Positions 56,811 to 64,000 of a DNA stretch of 64,000 nucleotides are shown here, one piece after another. The DNA is from Octopus vulgaris (taxonomy: Eukaryota). The first letter of the stretch is position 1; each line of letters starts with the position of its first letter. Under the pieces are notes generated by a model, which saw only the letters and a program-made list of their open reading frames with translations, searched no databases and was not told the DNA's origin. The stretch is from contig OX597825.1 in assembly GCA_951406725.2 (NCBI GenBank), positions 37,882,001 to 37,946,000 of the forward strand. Reading direction: 5' to 3'. A program made the translations under genes and the position numbers.

Positions 56811-57118
56811 GTAAAGATTATTTGCCAACATGACATGGCAGTCCTGGCTTAGGATGAATGTTGCTGTAATTTAGCCCATCCAACTGGCTATACGACATGA
56901 TCTGTGTCCTTATATTTTCCAACTAGAGTATTTCGCACCCCCACTCAGCTCAAAACTACATATGTGCATCACTATTTCTGGGTTATTGCCTTTGTTCGAA
57001 AATATAAGGGCACAGATCGTGTCGTATAGCCAGCCGGAGATGATGTCTCCTGGGTCTAAATTACATCAACATTCGTCCTAAACCAGGACTGCCATGTTAT
57101 GTTGCAAATAATCTTTAC
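56811..57118. mobile_element. ~310-bp foldback/MITE-like element
   Basis: Arms 56811-56923 and 56994-57118 are reverse complements (GTAAAGATTATTTGC...CATGGCAGTCCTGG...GGCTATACGACA...CCTTATATTTTC), with a ~70-bp spacer. Confidence 0.85.
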
Positions 57119-57297
57119 TCTAGAGAGCTGTTGTTGAATACCTCTCGTTGAGAGATTTACAAATAGTAATATTCTCCTTCGTTGGTATTTAGATGCACGT
57201 TTGGTAGAACTATCTATCAATCTATCTATCTATCTATACATATACATATGTATACATAAACATATACATGCATACACTCATATACGTTTATGAACAT

Positions 57298-57460
57298 ATT
57301 CTTTATTTTCTCTCCCTGTTTCTTTCTGTGTTCCTTTCTGTGGAAGAGCATAGGCTCGAAACGTCAAAGTCTTTTTCACTTCTCGAGCGTTAACTTAATA
57401 CATCTGTTTGTTGTCTACATCACCCGTCTTCGTCTTTTGTTTTTTGTGTGAATTCTCCCT
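57298..57460 (+). mobile_element. Short HHR-containing repeat (best copy), hammerhead at 57334-57369
   Basis: CTTT-CTGTGGA-A-GAGC-ATAG-GCTC-GAAAC-GTC-AAAG. Stem I CTTT/AAAG, stem II GAGC/GCTC, ACGT palindrome, GUC triplet. The core has A6 changed to U. Confidence 0.65.
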
Positions 57461-57467
57461 ATATATG

Positions 57468-57522
<55 letters not shown>

Positions 57523-57526
57523 ATGT

Positions 57527-57703
57527 ATATATGTGTGCATATGTAGGTATCTATATATATATATATATCCATGTATAATTTATAAGCCTATAAAATATCA
57601 TTATCATTTACCGAACTGTAAAAATCTACACTGTTTAATCAAAACAATCCCATACACACCAATACACATATATATATATATACAAATTAATACATATATA
57701 CAT

Positions 57704-57743
<40 letters not shown>

Positions 57744-57910
57744 TTTTTATTATATATGTGTGCATATGTAGGTATCTATGTATATATATACATATATCCA
57801 TGTATAATTTATAAGCCTATAAAATATCATTAATTTTACTCTGCTATGTATTGAGTACCTTACTTACTGTTTAATCAAAACAATCCCATACACACCAATA
57901 CACATACATA
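57527..57910. repeat. Local direct duplication (~225-bp period) with a divergent middle segment
   Basis: GTGTGCATATGTAGGTATCTAT...ATAAGCCTATAAAATATCATTA and ACTGTTTAATCAAAACAATCCCATACACACCAATACACATA each occur twice. Confidence 0.85.
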
Positions 57911-58012
57911 TATATACATACAAAAATACATATATACATACAAAAAAATCAGATTTAAGATTAAATCCAATTTTATAGTAAAATATAATATTAATAGTGG
58001 TTTTGTCTCGAA

Positions 58013-58068
<56 letters not shown>

Positions 58069-58079
58069 AAGTGGAGTCG

Positions 58080-58180
58080 TGTGGCCTGCTCGCTTAGCCA
58101 GTGGGGTGGCGTCATTCGAAGGCTGTTGCAATGACCAGCGATGTGTAGCGATCTGATGGTCTGGTCGGTCACGTGATATA
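58080..58180 (+). mobile_element. Probable SINE 3' fragment
   Basis: GC-rich GGCCTGCTCGCTTAGCCAGTGGGGTGGCGTCATTCGAAGGCT...GGTCGGTCACGTGATATA between TA runs. It resembles an octopus SINE tail as I recall it; no second copy in the window. Confidence 0.4.
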
Positions 58181-59049
58181 TATATATATGTATATATATG
58201 CATATATTCCTTTTGCATATAATTTGTTAAGGACGTAGGCGACGACGAAATCTGCAATTTCTACCTACATTCAACACACGAAGAACTAGTCATGCTGAAA
58301 ACTAGACAAAATAGAACCACGTGCTTTTAAAGCAAACCACTCAACCTAACTGCAATACCTGAAGTTGGAAATGATTATTTCGAAATGCTCTCTGTTAAGT
58401 ATTAGAGGCATGTACGGGAAGAAACATGGATGTTTGGTGGAGTGAGGTCATGTATATATATGCGTGTGTGTATATGTGTGTGTGGCTGTGTGAGTATGAA
58501 AGCGTTTATATAAGGATATACACAATATATATGGAAATAAATATATATATATACACACGTATGCCCGTATGTATATACATATATATGCATACGTATGCAC
58601 GTATGCACACATAAAATGCTATTAAAATTTTAACTTGCTCTCTTTAAAAAATAAATGAAAAATATTGACGTAATGTAACATTGTTAAGAGAACACAAAAA
58701 CGAATAAATAACAAACATCTTGAAATTATTGCAGTGAAACAGAGTGCATAATTTCATACGTGAATTTGTTATGTTGCTGTCAATTAAAATAGAATGTTTA
58801 AAGTGTCAGCTTGTCATTTCAAATTGCTTCACCTGAACTTTTAGGAATATTTTAATCATTTTGTTTCAATAATTTTCATTTAATATTTCCAAGGACTGAA
58901 TAAGCGTCATTTAGTGAGTACGCCGTTTTATGAATGTCATACAAGAGCAGGCATAATTTTTTTTATTAACTGGCACATGTCATTTACATTGTTCATGTTG
59001 GTAGAGTACCTTTTCCTTTATAGCAGTTCTTGTTATTTTTTATTTGAAA

Positions 59050-59660
59050 GCCAAGAACAAATTTCTATTCAAATAAACCTACCAACGTTAAGTTCTTGGC
59101 GAGGGAGAAATACATACTCTTCAACATGCACAGAAGGATACTACGTGTTTACGAAGCTGATACCTTCTACGAGGTCAATATGCAGGAATGGCTAAAATGT
59201 TCAAAGTGGTAAAACCCGCTTTTATAGCAAAACAACTGTCACTACTGATACGAATCAGGAGCGAGTACATACACACGTTTCCGATAGATACTAGCGAAAA
59301 AATCAGTCACAATCCGTGAGATTGTTGCAGAATTTGAAGCTGGTCACTATACCTTACAGAATATGGTGAAAATTATATGTATCTGAAAGGAAGTGTAAAT
59401 ATTTTGCTTTGCTAATCGACACTCAAATTGAAATGAGAAGGATGAAAGCTTACTCTGATTAGTTGGAAGTGTTTGTGGCTTATGCAAGCACAGTTTTTCG
59501 AACTGGTGAAAGGCTATGACGCTTAACCGTTTCTTTATGATACAAATGTTGTAGATATCTCAGTCCCTCGATGAAAAGTGCAAATAAGGGAACGCAGTAA
59601 CAAGTTCTACACTGGAAATACCGTTTATTTCGGCTTTGATTATTGTTACAGAAACGCTAT
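59050..59660 (+). mobile_element. Decayed mariner transposase relic
   Basis: KFLAREKYILFNMHRRILRVYEADTFYEVNMQEWLK and KSVTIREIVAEFEAGHYTLQNMV match the two mariner HTH motifs. Confidence 0.65.
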
Positions 59661-60547
59661 CAGAATACATAGAATTCCATAAGTGGGAGTCCTATCTGTT
59701 TAAAAAAGAAACTAAATATTCATCAAATCACACTTTACCAATTTCAGAAAATACTGTTATATATATTATACTCGTATAAACTGAATGTATAGAGTTGAGA
59801 TATATTTGGCCATTTTTCTACTCGATCATGTCCAACTACAGAAAAAGTAAAAGCAGCACCTCATTGTGAATCTATACATGAATTTAAGTGTTCAACGAGT
59901 TCTCATTGCTCAGTAAATACTTATAAGAAAACTCAAATTAAGAGGTCTATCGGCACAACACACGCTATGTTAACTTTGCCCTTCTTTATTTCAAGAAATG
60001 ATTTATGATCAAATTCGTTTCAGTCGTGACCATTCATTAAAATACTGCGACATACATTATCAGGGAACATATTATCCAAACATCTTTCATTCGTCGCTTC
60101 ACATTCGTTATAAAGCGAATTTCGCTGCAGTTGCTAGGGGGACCAACGATAAATATTGGGGTGCATGTTAAGCTTAATCAGTATAAGTTAATCATTGTTG
60201 CCTAAAAGAAAATGTGGATTTGTGAGGAGATACGAACTCATTAGTCGTTATCCACCTACATAATACATAATCAAACATTTAAATACTTCCGTTTTTTCAT
60301 CACTGACAATGTTCATTGTTATGTACGGCTCATTCTTTTGAGGATTTCTTTCTCTCTTTTCAGCTATAGTTATTTATTTGTTTTTATTATTTCCTCTTCA
60401 CTGCTTTCGTATTGTGAATAATTCGTTCGTTATTCCGCTTAAATGTTACATGGATATATCATTTATTTCGCATAATGAACACTGTCTTTCAGCTATATAT
60501 CCTGTTTTGATTCTCATGATTTTTTCTTCAATTGGACAAAATTACTT

Positions 60548-60680
60548 TAAAAAACAAAAAAGCAACTAAACTGAACAAACAAAAAGCAAAAGGAACAAAC
60601 AAAAGCAAAAAAAAAATGAACAAACAAAAACAAGTAAAATGAACAAAGAAAAAAAAAGCAAGTGAAATGAACAAACAATC
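60548..60680. repeat. A-rich minisatellite (about 5 degenerate GAACAAACAAAAAGCAA units)
   Basis: Directly visible recurring GAACAAA(C/G)AAAA units. Confidence 0.7.
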
Positions 60681-60914
60681 ATGTTTAGCATTTCTAAGAG
60701 CGGAAGTTTGTTTAGTTCGTTTCAATAGAGACTTTGTTTAAAAAGTGTTTTTTGCCATTGATTCGAATTTATTAGAAAACGTCTTTCGAGAAACATTGTT
60801 GGAAATTGCAGGCGATCAAGAGATTGACATTTTCTTCATAGTTATTATACTTACATACTTATATTGCAATACAGACACATCCAAATATCAGCGACACAAA
60901 ATATAAGTATCACA

Positions 60915-61224
60915 TGTATATTTATATATATACATATACATATATATACATATATATATATATAAATATATATATATATACATATACATATATATACATA
61001 CATATATATATATATAAATATATATATATACATACATACATATATATATAAATATATATATATACATACATATATATATAATATATATATATACATATAC
61101 ATATATATACATACATATATATATATAAATATATATATATACATATACATACATATATATATAAATATATATATACATATACATATATATATACATATAT
61201 ATATATAAATATATATACACATAT

Positions 61225-61258
<34 letters not shown>

Positions 61259-61297
61259 ACATATCTACTTAAATGCGTATATACATATATATATATG

Positions 61298-61360
<63 letters not shown>
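60915..61360. repeat. (TA)n/TACA low-complexity tract
   Basis: Directly visible. Confidence 0.95.
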
Positions 61361-62752
61361 TAATTCCTTCTCGCTCGTGCGCATTCGTGCGTATGTATAT
61401 GGGTTGTACGAGAGTCTCAAACCAATAATTGCATTTGCTAAATTAAAATCGTTGTCAGAATTATATCGTCTTCTTTGTCGTTATGTGTGTTGTGCTTGTT
61501 AATTCTAATACTATTAATAATTTTTGAGTAAACACAATAAATGAAAAATGTATGCAAATCCGAAAGTGGAGCATAATGCTGAACATCATACTAATCCAAT
61601 ACACGCGTATATTTTATCAATAAGGAAAAAAATGTTTATTTATCTACAAGCTCTGTCTACCTTGTAAAATGAAATGTTATCAGTTAAGATCTATAGATAT
61701 ATTGCCATTTTTGATTCGTGTAATGGCTTTAAAATACCATACTCAAATACTACCAGATTGTTGATATTTTCCTCGAAGTTGAATAGTTATTTGCAACAAT
61801 TTAAGATCAAAACTAGATGATAATGATTTTAGAATCAGATATTTTTTGCAGCACAAGGAAAGGACAAGAAAATACAAAACATATGCAAACATATACCTAT
61901 ACAGGCACACAGTTTTAATCTATTCACATTCTCATTGCCTGTAATGTACTGTTGTACGTATTGTCAAGATCCATAACGTGAACAAAAGCGTATAGAAAAT
62001 GTGTATATAAGTTTGTGCAATTAAACCAGAGTGTGTATTGGTACAGATATATGAATGCAAGGAGAAAAGGAATCGGAAATATATCTATACAGTGAGTTTC
62101 TTAGTGCGCAAAATAAATAGGCCATCATCACGATAATGACCGAACTATGAATAGTGTTAAGTCTACCGATATATGTAAAAGGTTTGCATTACTATAAATC
62201 ACCTGACCCATATCATAGCAGCCAATGGCTATATTGCACAATTACCGTCCCACCTCCATATATTTTCATTCTTTAAATTTGTACTCATATACAACTGTGG
62301 TAAGGAGGACTGTTAAATATCCCACGCGATATATAAACTGAGCCAGTATAACATTTGTCGAACGTTCTTAATCGATATGGGGCAAGTAAAAATGTCGTAA
62401 CTAACTTTGCATAGAATGTGCATAACTATAAACACAACACTAAAATAAGGACAATATAGAGGAGCTGTTCTCTTTACGTTGAGCAGTGCAAGCAATGAGC
62501 CATGACTTAAAACTGAAATCCATATTTTGTTTGAATGAATTCAGTAAAAAATACGCATGACTTGGTAAAAAATTTAGATATATTTGATGCGGAGACAAAA
62601 TAGTTTTTATCCTCCAAATTTAGTTTTGATATATAGGAGAATAGTACATAAGTAGAATAAATCAATACTTGTTTGATACTGGAGGATAAATGGACTCTCT
62701 TTTTATCTATCTATCTATCTGTAAGTATGCATACACATACGTATATATGTAT

Positions 62753-62839
<87 letters not shown>

Positions 62840-63399
62840 CAACAGAATATCAAGTAGAAAGGCAGTACGTTCGTTTCAAGCGCGGCTCAATTTAATTGAA
62901 CAATGCAATCATTACATCGATTTAAATGTAATGCTATCTTCAGTTGCGCAAAATAAAATAATTCTTTAACAAGTAGGACACATTAATATAATTTTTCTTA
63001 CATATTTTAACTGAGTATGAAGATGGAAGAAATGTATATATATATATAGAGAGAGAGAGAGAGACACACACACACACACACACATATACATAGACATACA
63101 AGCACACAGACACACATGAACATATCTTTGGTCAGTTATATGCATATTGCTATGTGAATTACGTTTCACGATAGATATCTTGTTATCGTACTTTTATTTT
63201 CATGTAGCTTTGCATTTTATTTTCTGGAACCGCACTAAACTAGATTTTGTGCCTATTTCCTCTATCCAACTCTTCGAAGCTTGGTTACGTTTCTAGAACT
63301 TGGCCTTCAGATTGCGTTTCAGTGCGAGGAAAAGTTTTCTATTTCCGAAACTAATCAGAGCTTAACTCAAATTATTAGTACTCTCTGGTGAAAACGAAA

Positions 63400-64000
63400 G
63401 GGAATGCATTTTTTGAGAATGTAGTTTTTGAGATTCAGAGTTTTACAGTCCCTATCAGCATTTACTTTGAAGCAGAAACCAATTAAAATTTTTTTATGTG
63501 GGAATCAGTGTCATTAGAGTTGTTGCTGTTGTTACATGTTCCATATCTATTATCCTCACAGTGTTTCACGGATAATTATTCTCTGATGTGAATTTTGCTT
63601 TCTTATGATGTTTCTTTTTTTATATTTTGTTTGACGTTTATGGTTTCATAGAAATGTTTCCTTTTGGTGTTTTGTGCGAGTATTGGTAGGTTTATTTTTG
63701 TAGTGTGAAGAATTTTTTTTTAATAGCGTATTAATATATGGAATAGTATTTTCTTCAAATGTTTTGGTATCCTCAGTTGTTAAGCTCCATCATCTTTATA
63801 ATTCCACCATATACTGATTTAAGGAGACGTTTTTGCCTTGCTTGCAAGTCTCTGAGTTCGTTGAGTCGAATTTGAGGTATTGTCATACCAGCTAGTATTC
63901 CACAGACACACAGTGTCACACTGTATGGAATATTCCTTTTGATGTGTGAAGTATGACAAGAATAAAATTTCAAGTGTTGATGTGTGTTCACATGTGTAAT
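63400..64000 (-). mobile_element. Penelope-like element fragment (RT thumb and Cys linker), continues beyond the window
   Basis: THQHLKFYSCHTSHIKRNIPYS...RLNELRDL (compare PLE YLHFxSCHPxHxKRNIPYS), followed by KRQTK...KAKFTS...VKHCEDNRYGTC...FKVNADRDCKTLNL. Confidence 0.8.

Noticed and set aside
63155-63312. Two minus-strand GAAACGTA motifs downstream of the terminal PLE
   Set aside because: One has a stem but no CUGANGA core; the other has a near-core but no stem II. Not enough to call an HHR.

Overview
This is AT-rich eukaryotic non-coding DNA, saturated with (TA)n/(CA)n/(TATC)n/trinucleotide microsatellites. I could not support any host protein-coding exon, so it is probably a large intron or intergenic region. 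The SINE families look like those I recall from Octopus genomes (inference, not searched). Recognisable content: (1) three tRNA-derived SINE families; (2) several Tc1/mariner relics, two with both TIRs and DD37D/maT-like spacing; (3) fragments of at least three Penelope-like elements (PLEs; RT-thumb, Cys linker and GIY-YIG motifs); (4) about eight degenerate minimal type I hammerhead ribozyme (HHR) motifs; (5) long inverted repeats/foldbacks; (6) a 131-bp TG...CA solo-LTR-like unit with a 5-bp TSD. The most interesting object is at 39.4-39.9 kb: two head-to-head copies of a short element that joins a tRNA-derived Pol III head, a microsatellite and a minimal HHR, a candidate PLE-mobilised 'ribozyme SINE'. 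Nearly all listed ORFs are microsatellite read-throughs. All alignments and folds were done by eye.
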